From a virus (lineage: Duplodnaviria > Caudoviricetes), in the IMG/VR virus record IMGVR_UViG_3300044723_010613, positions 1 through 59,227 of that record: a DNA stretch of 59,227 bases; one strand, 5' to 3'. The notes under the pieces were generated by a model that was not told where the DNA came from, did no database searches, and saw only the letters and a list, made by a program, of their open reading frames with translations. Position 1 is the stretch's first letter; each line of letters starts with the position of its first letter. This document shows, in pieces, positions 48,351-56,237 of the stretch. The position numbers were made by a program, and so were the translations under genes.

Positions 48351-48657
48351 GATTTTTGACGAAATTTACAATTTTTAATTCGAGCCTGATAAGATTCTTT
48401 TCAAGGATGTCTAACTGGTTTTTCTCGAGAGAGAGTCTATAGATTAAAATTTTTAAAGATTTAGAGTATTCTTCTTGTTTGTTTTCTAATTCTGTTTCTG
48501 AAAAAGAATTATAATTTTCTTCTAGCTCATCTATCTCATTAAAAAGTAGGTGAGCTTTCTCTTCCCAAAAGTTAACACTATCGAAACATAACTCTACTGA
48601 GTTCAAAAGTTTTTTTCTCTTTTCTGCAAGTACCTTGACAGTATCTTCAAACTTCAT
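48328..48657 (-). CDS. Hypothetical coiled-coil protein
   Basis: 109-aa ORF overlapping both neighbours. Confidence 0.55.
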   Translation of the reverse strand: MKFEDTVKVLAEKRKKLLNSVELCFDSVNFWEEKAHLLFNEIDELEENYNSFSETELENKQEEYSKSLKILIYRLSLEKNQLDILEKNLIRLELKIVNFVKNHAKKQKK

Positions 48658-48835
48658 TTACTAACGCCTTTCTAATTAAAGAAAGTTTTGAAGTTAGGAA
48701 ACCTTGACCACAATTTTCAACAGGATCTTTTTGCCTGTTAAGTGAGTCTTGGTGAGCTGTAAACTCTATTAATTGGTCTATCAATTGTACAACTTGATCA
48801 TGGGTATCTCTATTTATAGTGATGTTGTTATCCAT
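48647..48835 (-). CDS. Hypothetical protein
   Basis: 62-aa ORF with its own promoter. Confidence 0.55.
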   Translation of the reverse strand: MDNNITINRDTHDQVVQLIDQLIEFTAHQDSLNRQKDPVENCGQGFLTSKLSLIRKALVNEV

Positions 48836-48843
48836 TTAAAAAA

Positions 48844-48872
48844 AGGTTATTAAAGGTTTTACTCGAAGTCAA
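48844..48872 (-). promoter_or_regulatory. sigma70-type promoter, near-leaderless
   Basis: TTGACT-N17-TAACCT, 9 nt before ATG 48835. Confidence 0.6.
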
Positions 48873-48884
48873 TTATTTTTACAC

Positions 48885-48909
48885 AAAAAAACCGGGCCGA
48901 AGCCCGGTT
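48885..48909 (-). terminator. Rho-independent terminator after hsp20
   Basis: Minus strand aaccgggc-ttcg-gcccggtt then T run. Confidence 0.9.
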
Positions 48910-48918
48910 ACTATCACC

Positions 48919-49284
48919 TTAATCGATTTTTATTTCTTTAGGTTTATATTTTTCCTTTTTTTGCAGGTTAAGAGTCAGTATACCTTTCTCTAAATGAGCT
49001 TTAATAGTGTTAGGGTTAGCTGATTTAGGAATAGGGTACGACCTACCGAATTTGACGCTTTCACCTTTTCTTTTCGTTTCCCCTCGTAAGATAATATACC
49101 CTTCTTTGTTTAAGTTAATTTTGACATCTTCCTTATCATAACCCGGCATCTCTACTTCGAGGGAGTAAGTGTCTTCCTCTTCTGAGAAATAGGAGTCTTG
49201 GTATAGAGATTCTTCTAGGTCGGCTAGTAACGGCGCTGTAAGGTTAAACAGGCCCCGGTTTGATAATGTGTTAGATATATACAT
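48919..49284 (-). CDS. Small heat shock protein (Hsp20/alpha-crystallin)
   Basis: LEVEMPGYDKEDV..FGRSYPIP..IKAHLEKGILTL..KEIKI; start moved to ATG 49284. Confidence 0.9.
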   Translation of the reverse strand: MYISNTLSNRGLFNLTAPLLADLEESLYQDSYFSEEEDTYSLEVEMPGYDKEDVKINLNKEGYIILRGETKRKGESVKFGRSYPIPKSANPNTIKAHLEKGILTLNLQKKEKYKPKEIKID

Positions 49285-49297
49285 ATACTTAACGTAT

Positions 49298-49313
49298 AGC
49301 AATAGGTGTGCCA
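49298..49313 (-). promoter_or_regulatory. sigma54 (-24/-12) promoter
   Basis: TGGCAC-ACCTA-TTGCT with exact consensus spacing. Confidence 0.75.
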
Positions 49314-49409
49314 ATATGTCAACCTTTACTTTTCCCGAAGAAAAATAGGTATTTTATTTTAAACCTTTTAAATTGAGTCAGCAAGTCTCAAAATATGAGA
49401 CATTTAGGG

Positions 49410-49631
49410 TCACTTAGACTCGTACGTTAAGGATCTTATATCGTACATAGAAATAATTTCAGTTTCTAGAGGGTTCTCGCGCTTAGATATCTCAAAATAT
49501 TCTTCGTCGATTACCTTTTCAACTCTACCTTTCCAATTCGAAAGGTTTTTTCCACGTACAACCAGAACTTCGTTTCCAACCATTTTTGAATTGTACGACA
49601 TTAAGTCATCCTTTAGATCGTCTTTTTTCAT
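49410..49631 (-). CDS. Hypothetical small beta-barrel (SH3/KOW-like) protein
   Basis: VG.EVLV......WKGRVEKV pattern. Confidence 0.5.
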   Translation of the reverse strand: MKKDDLKDDLMSYNSKMVGNEVLVVRGKNLSNWKGRVEKVIDEEYFEISKRENPLETEIISMYDIRSLTYESK

Positions 49632-49632
49632 A

Positions 49633-50106
49633 TTACTCTCCCGAGCTACCGAATCCTCCGGTACCTCTTTGTGTGTCGTTTAGTGTTTCCATTTCTGTCC
49701 ATTCTCCTGAATAGCATCGTTCAATAATAAGTTGAGCTATTCTATCCCCCGGTTTAATATCAATTTTGTTTCCTGACCCAAACATTGATTCATAAACCGA
49801 AGGTGTAAGATTATAACCTTCAAAGTTCAGGTTTATCAATAATATTTTTACTTCACCTCTGTAAGTTGAATCAATAACTCCGGCCATCACATCGATACCT
49901 TTTTTGACAGCAAGACCACTACGTGGAGCTATTCTACCATAATAACCTTCAGGAATATCAAGACTGATTCCAGTTGAAATTAATTTTCTTTGACCGGGTT
50001 CTAATGTCACGTACTCTGTAGAAAATAAATCGAAACCAGCATCAGCAGGATTTGCCTGCTCTGGCTTAACGGCTTCTTTCGTGAGTTTTTTATAGCTTAT
50101 CTTCAT
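49633..50106 (-). CDS. dut: Trimeric dUTPase
   Basis: AGFDL, PRSG, GVIDSTYRGEV, GDRIAQL, RGTGGFGSSG. Confidence 0.95.
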   Translation of the reverse strand: MKISYKKLTKEAVKPEQANPADAGFDLFSTEYVTLEPGQRKLISTGISLDIPEGYYGRIAPRSGLAVKKGIDVMAGVIDSTYRGEVKILLINLNFEGYNLTPSVYESMFGSGNKIDIKPGDRIAQLIIERCYSGEWTEMETLNDTQRGTGGFGSSGE

Positions 50107-50126
50107 GTTTTTAATTTCCGTAAGAG

Positions 50127-50154
50127 AGGATACTCATTGAAAATCAAAAGTCAA
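50127..50154 (-). promoter_or_regulatory. sigma70-type promoter for dut
   Basis: TTGACT-N16-TATCCT. Confidence 0.55.
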
Positions 50155-50188
50155 TCTTTTCTTTTTCAAGGAAATAGTAAAAATATGG

Positions 50189-50217
50189 TTGACAAATATA
50201 GACATGTCTCATAAAAG
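50189..50217 (+). promoter_or_regulatory. sigma70-type promoter facing the noncoding island
   Basis: Perfect TTGACA; weak -10 (TAAAAG at 17 nt). Confidence 0.45.
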
Positions 50218-50223
50218 AGCAAA

Positions 50224-50504
50224 CACGTAGCATTTCTGCCTTGTTACGTTAAAAAGGTAGGCAGGTCCGCAATCTTATGTGTCCGGCTCTACTGTGGAGA
50301 CTTGTAACCGGAGGAACCAGCGGTGTTGAACTTAGCTGGGCGAGTAGTATAGGTGATGTCATATGGGTGTAAACTACCACACACCCAAAAAAGGCTAACC
50401 GGGGAGTATTCTCAGGAAAAAGTAAAAGATTGCCGATGTTTTGGAATAAACCGCCAAAAACGGGAAAAGTCTCCGTTTCACTTCGACTTTCTAGGAAAAA
50501 GTTT
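50224..50504 (+). ncRNA. Candidate structured ncRNA of unknown family
   Basis: GC-richer island lacking an ORF of 60 aa or more, with several stems and an 8-bp long-range helix 50269-50276/50426-50433. Confidence 0.5.
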
Positions 50505-50554
50505 ATTATTATTAAAATAAATATAAGTAAGTTTAATAAAGTTTAACTAACAGT

Positions 50555-51148
50555 ATGGAATTTAAGTTTAAAAATATAGGAATATCAGGAGTGGCAGGTG
50601 CAGGTAAGAATACTTTAGCCGAACTTATTGGGCTTTTTTTAACTAGAATGGGTTTACCCGTGGAAGAAAGGGCTTTAGCACATAATTTAAAATCAGAAGT
50701 AAGGTCTACATGTAAAGAACTGTATTCTATTGATCCTTTGACTTGCTCGAGAGATGATAAAGATTTAATAAGGCCAATATTGGTTGCTCACGGAGAAATA
50801 AAAAGAAAATCTTCATTAGGAAGACATTGGACAGGTTTATTAGAAAAAGATTTAGATCGTAATAAAGTAAATATTATTACAGATATTAGGTACAATGAAT
50901 ATCCACAAGACGAGTGTTATTGGTTAAAAAACCAAATAAATGGTATTTTGATCCACGTATCTCGATATCAAGAGGTGGGTGAAGAAAGAGTCTTTGTAAA
51001 ACCTGCAAACATTCATGAGTTACAAAATGACTCCAAGGTAAGAAAAGATTCTGACTATATACTCAATTGGAAAACAGAAAAAGACCAAAATAGACTGGTG
51101 ATTAATTCAAAAAGTTTGTTTAAATGGCTTAAAAAAGTTTATAAATAA
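50555..51148 (+). CDS. Deoxynucleoside monophosphate kinase-like P-loop protein
   Basis: IGISGVAGAGKNT, A..LK, R..L...G, IITDIRY. Confidence 0.75.
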   Translation: MEFKFKNIGISGVAGAGKNTLAELIGLFLTRMGLPVEERALAHNLKSEVRSTCKELYSIDPLTCSRDDKDLIRPILVAHGEIKRKSSLGRHWTGLLEKDLDRNKVNIITDIRYNEYPQDECYWLKNQINGILIHVSRYQEVGEERVFVKPANIHELQNDSKVRKDSDYILNWKTEKDQNRLVINSKSLFKWLKKVYK

Positions 51149-51248
51149 ATTTTTTAAAAATAAAATAGAAGATTTTAGTAAAGTTTCATATAATATTCAT
51201 GCAGACACTTATAGTGTATTACTTTAAGTGTTTAAGGAGTGTGGATTT

Positions 51249-51848
51249 ATGGAAAAAGGAACAAGGGAAAATTTAACGGATAACTGTCTAGTTGAAAGGA
51301 TAAAGAATCAATCTTGTGAGGATAGTTTAATAGAACTGTCTGAGAGACATGCAGGATTATGCTTTAAGATAATGAAACGGTACTCTAAGAGTTTTTCGGT
51401 TAATAACATTAACATTAACGAAAAGCATGCTGAAAAAAATTTAATTATTTGGCATTCAGCAAAGAGTTTTAACACTGAAAAAAATGTTAAATTTTCTACT
51501 TGGTTAGCTAATCAAATTAAATATAACTGTCTTAACGAGTTAAATAAAAAATCAAAAGATCGGTTAGTCACTCTTGAAGAATATATGCTAGACGTCTTAG
51601 ACGAACGTCAAGAGGATAAGGACACAAGAATATTTGAGTATACTGAGAATATCCTTTCTCAGCTAAAAGATCCTAGAGTTCAAAAGATTTTTTCACTTCG
51701 CTACTCCAAAGAAGAAAAAAAACCATCGTGGTCTTCTATTGCTTCCAAAATGAATATGAGTACTCAAACTGCAATAAATCTACATAACAAAGGCTTGTCC
51801 ATGCTTAGAAAAAAAATGGATAGCAAAAAACTTCTGGATAATATTTAA
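51249..51848 (+). CDS. Phage RNA polymerase sigma factor (sigma70 regions 2 and 4)
   Basis: TD..LV..I, SFN..KNVKFSTWL..QIKY..LNE, IF.LRY..SW..IA..M.MS.Q...N HTH; AAGGAG SD before ATG 51249. Confidence 0.85.
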   Translation: MEKGTRENLTDNCLVERIKNQSCEDSLIELSERHAGLCFKIMKRYSKSFSVNNININEKHAEKNLIIWHSAKSFNTEKNVKFSTWLANQIKYNCLNELNKKSKDRLVTLEEYMLDVLDERQEDKDTRIFEYTENILSQLKDPRVQKIFSLRYSKEEKKPSWSSIASKMNMSTQTAINLHNKGLSMLRKKMDSKKLLDNI

Positions 51849-51857
51849 AAAAAACTG

Positions 51858-51886
51858 TTGACTTCGGTCTTGAATACCTACAATAT
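51858..51886 (+). promoter_or_regulatory. sigma70-type promoter
   Basis: TTGACT-N17-CAATAT, 11 nt before ATG 51897. Confidence 0.55.
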
Positions 51887-51896
51887 TAAATCTCTT

Positions 51897-52214
51897 ATGT
51901 CTAACGAAGAAAAGAAAAACGACTGGCAAGAACGCGAACTAGGCGCTCTATGGGCAAAAAAAAGTAACAATGGTTCTCAGTACATGACTGGGCACATTCA
52001 AATGAAAGGTGGTATGACTGAAAAAGTACAACTTGTTGTGTTTAGAAATAAATCTAAATATAATGAGGATGGATCTGTCAAAAGTCAAAACGCTCCAGAC
52101 CTTCGCATTTACATGAGCGAAAGTTTGGAAGAACGTTCCAAAAAAACCGAAGCTACACCCGCACCTATTACTGCACCAGCTAGCAGTAAAACAAGTGAAG
52201 AACCACTATTCTAA
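51897..52214 (+). CDS. DUF736-like protein (possible ssDNA-binding)
   Basis: ELGALWAK..G..YMTG..VVF.N....APD.RIY; acidic tail ending EEPLF. Confidence 0.6.
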   Translation: MSNEEKKNDWQERELGALWAKKSNNGSQYMTGHIQMKGGMTEKVQLVVFRNKSKYNEDGSVKSQNAPDLRIYMSESLEERSKKTEATPAPITAPASSKTSEEPLF

Positions 52215-53305
52215 TGTCAGATATAGCCTTACATCTTCCGATTAACGGTGTAAGCTTCGGTCAGGTTAGCACTGCCCTTCTGCGTGAATATTACCAGAAG
52301 GGCGTGCAGCCTTTTATTTTTACAATTGGCCAAATTGACTTAAGCTCACAAGAACAAGACGCAGACTTTACGAAATGGATAGAGTCTTGTATTAAGAAGT
52401 CTTTTGAAGAATATAATCGGGATGTCCCCGTCTTTAAATTATGGCACTTAAATCATGAGAGTCTGTCTTCCTATGGTCGAGATCAATCTCTTTTTAGTTT
52501 TTACGAACTTGATCATCCGACCTCTTATGAAGTTAACATCGCCAAGAATCAAAAAAACTTAATTTTCAGTAGCAACCACGCCAAAAACATATTTGAATCA
52601 GTGGGCGTTCAAAACTGTCACTATGTACCTCTAGGGTTTGATAAGAATAACTTTGAAGTAAAAGATCAACAATATCTAGAAGGTAAAATTGTATTTAACC
52701 TAACTGGAAAACTAGAGAAAAGAAAACATCATAAAGAAGTTATTAAATCATGGCTCAAAAAGTATGGTAATAATAAAGATTATGTTTTGCAATGCGCTAT
52801 AACAAATCCATTTCTTAAAGAGCAAGATTTTAAAAATCAGATATCTCAAATATTAGGAGGAAAAAGTTATTATAACCTGAACTTTCTTGGGCAAATGCAA
52901 AAGAATGTCCTCTATAATGATTTTCTAAACTCGTCTAATATTGTTATAGGTATGTCGGGTGGAGAAGGTTGGGGACTACCTGAATTTCAATCAGTAGCCT
53001 TAGGTAAACATGGAGTTATTTTAAACAGTTCTGGTTATCAAGACTGGGCTAATGAAAAAAACTCCGTTATGGTGCAACCCAATGGTAAAGAAGACTCTAG
53101 TGATGGAGTGTTTTTCCGTAAAGGCGGTGCATTTAATCAGGGTAATATTTTTACTTTTAATGAAGATGAGTTCATTGCTGGTTGCGAAGAGGCGATAGAA
53201 AGATACAAATCCTCACCAATCAATGAAGAGGGTTTAAAACTTCAAGATGAATATACTTATAAGAAAATGGTAGATTCAATTGATCAGATAGTAACAGAAG
53301 GATAA
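52214..53305 (+). CDS. GT-B glycosyltransferase (GT4-like)
   Basis: SFGQVS, FYELD, VPLGFD, GKLEKRK, GEGWGLPEFQ. Confidence 0.85.
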   Translation: MSDIALHLPINGVSFGQVSTALLREYYQKGVQPFIFTIGQIDLSSQEQDADFTKWIESCIKKSFEEYNRDVPVFKLWHLNHESLSSYGRDQSLFSFYELDHPTSYEVNIAKNQKNLIFSSNHAKNIFESVGVQNCHYVPLGFDKNNFEVKDQQYLEGKIVFNLTGKLEKRKHHKEVIKSWLKKYGNNKDYVLQCAITNPFLKEQDFKNQISQILGGKSYYNLNFLGQMQKNVLYNDFLNSSNIVIGMSGGEGWGLPEFQSVALGKHGVILNSSGYQDWANEKNSVMVQPNGKEDSSDGVFFRKGGAFNQGNIFTFNEDEFIAGCEEAIERYKSSPINEEGLKLQDEYTYKKMVDSIDQIVTEG

Positions 53306-53309
53306 ATCA

Positions 53310-53675
53310 ATGCCTGAGTATATTTACGAACACCCCGAGACGAAAGAGCAAATAACAGTTTTTCAAACTATTCATGAGTCACATGAGTATTCAGTAGATG
53401 GAGTTCAATATGACAGAGTATATACTGTTCCAAACGCTTCAATTGACACTAGAATAGACCCTTTTTCTCAAAAAGAGTTTAGGGAGAAAGCAAAAGCTTC
53501 AACAGTTGGTGATTTATGGGACCAGTCTGGAGAAGCATCTGAAAAAAGAAAAGAAAAAGCTGGGCATGATCCAGTAAAAGAAAAGTTATTTAGTGATTAT
53601 CGTAAAAAAAATAAAGGTGCTAAACATCCTCAGGATCGGCCTAAAGTCAGTAACCCAAACTTCACTATTGAATGA
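53310..53675 (+). CDS. FmdB-like protein (zinc ligands degenerate)
   Basis: MPEYIYEHP..H..RVYTVPN; cysteines absent. Confidence 0.5.
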   Translation: MPEYIYEHPETKEQITVFQTIHESHEYSVDGVQYDRVYTVPNASIDTRIDPFSQKEFREKAKASTVGDLWDQSGEASEKRKEKAGHDPVKEKLFSDYRKKNKGAKHPQDRPKVSNPNFTIE

Positions 53676-54553
53676 TAAAATACACCGTTATAGACGATTC
53701 AGCTATTAGTTTAGGTGGTACTTCACTTACCTTAGACGCTATTACTGAACCTTTTAAGCATGAGTGCGAATTCATAAAAACATCAGATCTAACAAAAACT
53801 CATTTAGATTTTAAACGGCCAAAAGTTTGGGTTATCGGAAATACTATGGGCCTCACTAAAGAGTCTTACGAGACTCTCATGCAAATAATTCAGACCCAAA
53901 CTACTGTTAAGATAGATTTTGATTATGGGTTTTGCAGGTTCAGAGGTCCGACACCACATAGGACTTTAGGTAATAAAGAATGTGATTGCTTGATTAATCC
54001 TGAGACAGCTACCCTTAGAAATATTTATAGTCATATTAAAAACTACACCTCTAAAATTTTCTACATGTCTGAAGGTCAAAGAAAAATACATGAGGTATCT
54101 TTGGATATACCTGTTGAAAAAACTAAAGTGCTGTCTTCCTGTTTTACCAAAGATTCTTTTGTGAAAATGAAAGAGTATCGGAGTAATGAAAAATCATATA
54201 AGTATGCTATTATTGACGGGCACCCGGGGTGGCATCAACAGGCAAAAGGGGTAAGTAAATCAGTAAATTATGCTATTACCAAAAATTTACCTTATGAGGT
54301 ATTTTCAACTGAGACTCATGATGAGATGCTTCAAAAACTAAGTAGTTATAAAGGTTTGATTTTTCTACCAATTATAGAAGATACATGTCCTAGGGTTACA
54401 ATCGAAGCAAAACTGATGGGTCTTGAAGTCATAACCAATGAAAATTCTCAGAACACATTGGAGGACTGGTGGAATAAACCATTAGATGAAATCGAAAACT
54501 ATTTAAAAGAAAGGCCCGAGATATTACATCAGGAACTTATAAATTTGAGTTAA
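53672..54553 (+). CDS. GT-B glycosyltransferase
   Basis: GG..LT, KG, DTCPRVTIEAKLMG. Confidence 0.75.
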   Translation: MIKYTVIDDSAISLGGTSLTLDAITEPFKHECEFIKTSDLTKTHLDFKRPKVWVIGNTMGLTKESYETLMQIIQTQTTVKIDFDYGFCRFRGPTPHRTLGNKECDCLINPETATLRNIYSHIKNYTSKIFYMSEGQRKIHEVSLDIPVEKTKVLSSCFTKDSFVKMKEYRSNEKSYKYAIIDGHPGWHQQAKGVSKSVNYAITKNLPYEVFSTETHDEMLQKLSSYKGLIFLPIIEDTCPRVTIEAKLMGLEVITNENSQNTLEDWWNKPLDEIENYLKERPEILHQELINLS

Positions 54554-54576
54554 TTGCCAGAATTCATGGAGATTGC

Positions 54577-55290
54577 TTGTATAATCTAAAACGATTAGTC
54601 TCCAGTGTCTTAGTCCAGAGCCACCAAAACTTCAGGCTCCATCTAGCTATTGATAAAACCTCACCTGAGGTTATTTCTTTATGCAAACAGATAGAGTCTG
54701 ACCCCCAATGTGTTATACCTTTTCAGGTATCATGTCCTGACGGAACCATAAAAGTTTGGGAGAATGAAGGTGATAGATTGTATTCAGTTGCCAACACCAT
54801 GCGTGTTCTAGACTCTCTAGATTTTGATGAACGTATTATCGGTGTAATAGATGCAGATGATCAGCTATGTGAAAGAAAAGCTCTACAATGGATAAATAGA
54901 GCGTATTGTAGCGGAAATGTAGGAGCAGTTTGGACAGGTAATATCTGGGAACCTTATGGAATGAATTTATGTTCAGAATATCTAGATGATTCTCAAGATG
55001 TCTACAAACACCCTTGGGTCAGTAGTCATTTTAGGACTTTTCTTCTTTCTAATTATAAACAAGTAAACCCTGAAAATTTTAAAGATGAAAACGGAGACTG
55101 GATGAAACGGTGCGAAGATCAAACCTTTATGCTCCCCATCATTAATGTAGCTCATAAAAATAAACAAATAACTCATTTTTTAGAGAACCCCTGTTATCTT
55201 TATAGAGGTTACCAAGAAATAGGAGGCGAAGCTCATCAATACCAATTAAATTTAGCAAAGTTTATACGTAAGAGAGGGTTTGTAGAATGA
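54577..55290 (+). CDS. GT-A (GT2-like) glycosyltransferase; true start uncertain (frame open from 54490)
   Basis: SVLVQ..NF, IDADDQL, SHFRTF, EDQ..MLP, YLYR. Confidence 0.75.
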   Translation: MYNLKRLVSSVLVQSHQNFRLHLAIDKTSPEVISLCKQIESDPQCVIPFQVSCPDGTIKVWENEGDRLYSVANTMRVLDSLDFDERIIGVIDADDQLCERKALQWINRAYCSGNVGAVWTGNIWEPYGMNLCSEYLDDSQDVYKHPWVSSHFRTFLLSNYKQVNPENFKDENGDWMKRCEDQTFMLPIINVAHKNKQITHFLENPCYLYRGYQEIGGEAHQYQLNLAKFIRKRGFVE

Positions 55291-56237
55291 GATTTTTTAT
55301 TAATAACTGCAACCCTACTGGAGGTCCCGGTATATTTGGCGGTAGATTAAAAAAGCAACTTGAAAAAAATGGCCATAAATTTGTAGACCCTTATGTATCT
55401 GGTGAAATACCTGATAAAAATATATCAATTATCCAAGGGGATAGAATAGAAGGATGCCCTTTAAATATACTCAGGTTGGATGGTCTTTACTTTGATTCTG
55501 AAAGCTCAAATAATGATCAGATGAATTCTGGCATATTTAAAAGTTTCGATCAAGCTGATCATATTGTTTACCAATCCCAATTTTCCAAAGACATGTATCA
55601 CTCTTTTTACGGAAGGAAAGATCCTAGTCAAGAAAGCATTATCCACAACGGATTGGATCAAGAAGAATTTTTATCTAATGTAAAACCTGTAAAACTATCT
55701 GACCCTGTATTTTCTAAGTATGGTAAGATATGTGTTGCGTCAGCCTCTTGGAGAAGGCACAAAAGGCTTGAAGAAACAATTGAAGCCTTCAAAGACTCTA
55801 AGTTAAAAAATGTTTTACTTATAGCATTAGGAGGTATGTCTTACATCAAGGATAAAAGCTCTATTCCAGATAACGTATTACTTACGCCCTTGCTTAAACC
55901 TGAACAAACGGCTTCAATTTATTGTATGGCGGATGCTATGATTCATTTAGCGTGGCTTGATTGGTGTCCTAATACTGTTGTTGAGGGTCTTTCTTGTGGT
56001 GCTCCGGTTTTATGTTCTCATAATGGAGGAACCAAAGAGCTTGTAAAAGATAACGGGGTTGTCGTGCAATTGGAAGAAGATTACGAAATAGGCGCAAGGG
56101 TTCCTTTGTATAACCCGCCAAAAGTAGATACCAGTATAATTGTTGACGGTATTCTGGAGGTATTAGAAAAACCTACTATCTTTGATAGACCAGATTTAGA
56201 TATAAAAACTGTTGCTAAAAATTATGAAAAAATTTAA
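55287..56237 (+). CDS. GT-B glycosyltransferase (GT4-like)
   Basis: GGP..F, RLDG, YQSQFS, IHNG, DWCPNTVVEGL..G.PV...GGTKE. Confidence 0.85.
   Translation: MRFFINNCNPTGGPGIFGGRLKKQLEKNGHKFVDPYVSGEIPDKNISIIQGDRIEGCPLNILRLDGLYFDSESSNNDQMNSGIFKSFDQADHIVYQSQFSKDMYHSFYGRKDPSQESIIHNGLDQEEFLSNVKPVKLSDPVFSKYGKICVASASWRRHKRLEETIEAFKDSKLKNVLLIALGGMSYIKDKSSIPDNVLLTPLLKPEQTASIYCMADAMIHLAWLDWCPNTVVEGLSCGAPVLCSHNGGTKELVKDNGVVVQLEEDYEIGARVPLYNPPKVDTSIIVDGILEVLEKPTIFDRPDLDIKTVAKNYEKI

Noticed and set aside
48879-48884. GTGTAA motif on the minus strand as a late promoter
   Set aside because: Sits between a terminator tail and a good sigma70 promoter that already explains the downstream gene; may be chance
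50255-50300. Cobalamin riboswitch (minus strand gagccgg...gacctgcc, B12-dependent nrdJ nearby)
   Set aside because: B12 box is interrupted, the GGGAA and CCCGC.ACUG cores are missing, and it is not upstream of nrdJ
50455-50480. RNase P-like GGAAAGUC motif
   Set aside because: Imperfect (ggaaaagtc), lies at the 3' end, and no complementary P4 strand was found
1814-55176. Antisense and alternate-frame ORFs in the track (e.g. 2786-3088, 4852-5244, 8292-8744, 22073-22690, 40896-41297)
   Set aside because: Shadows of well-supported genes, with no motifs or expression signals
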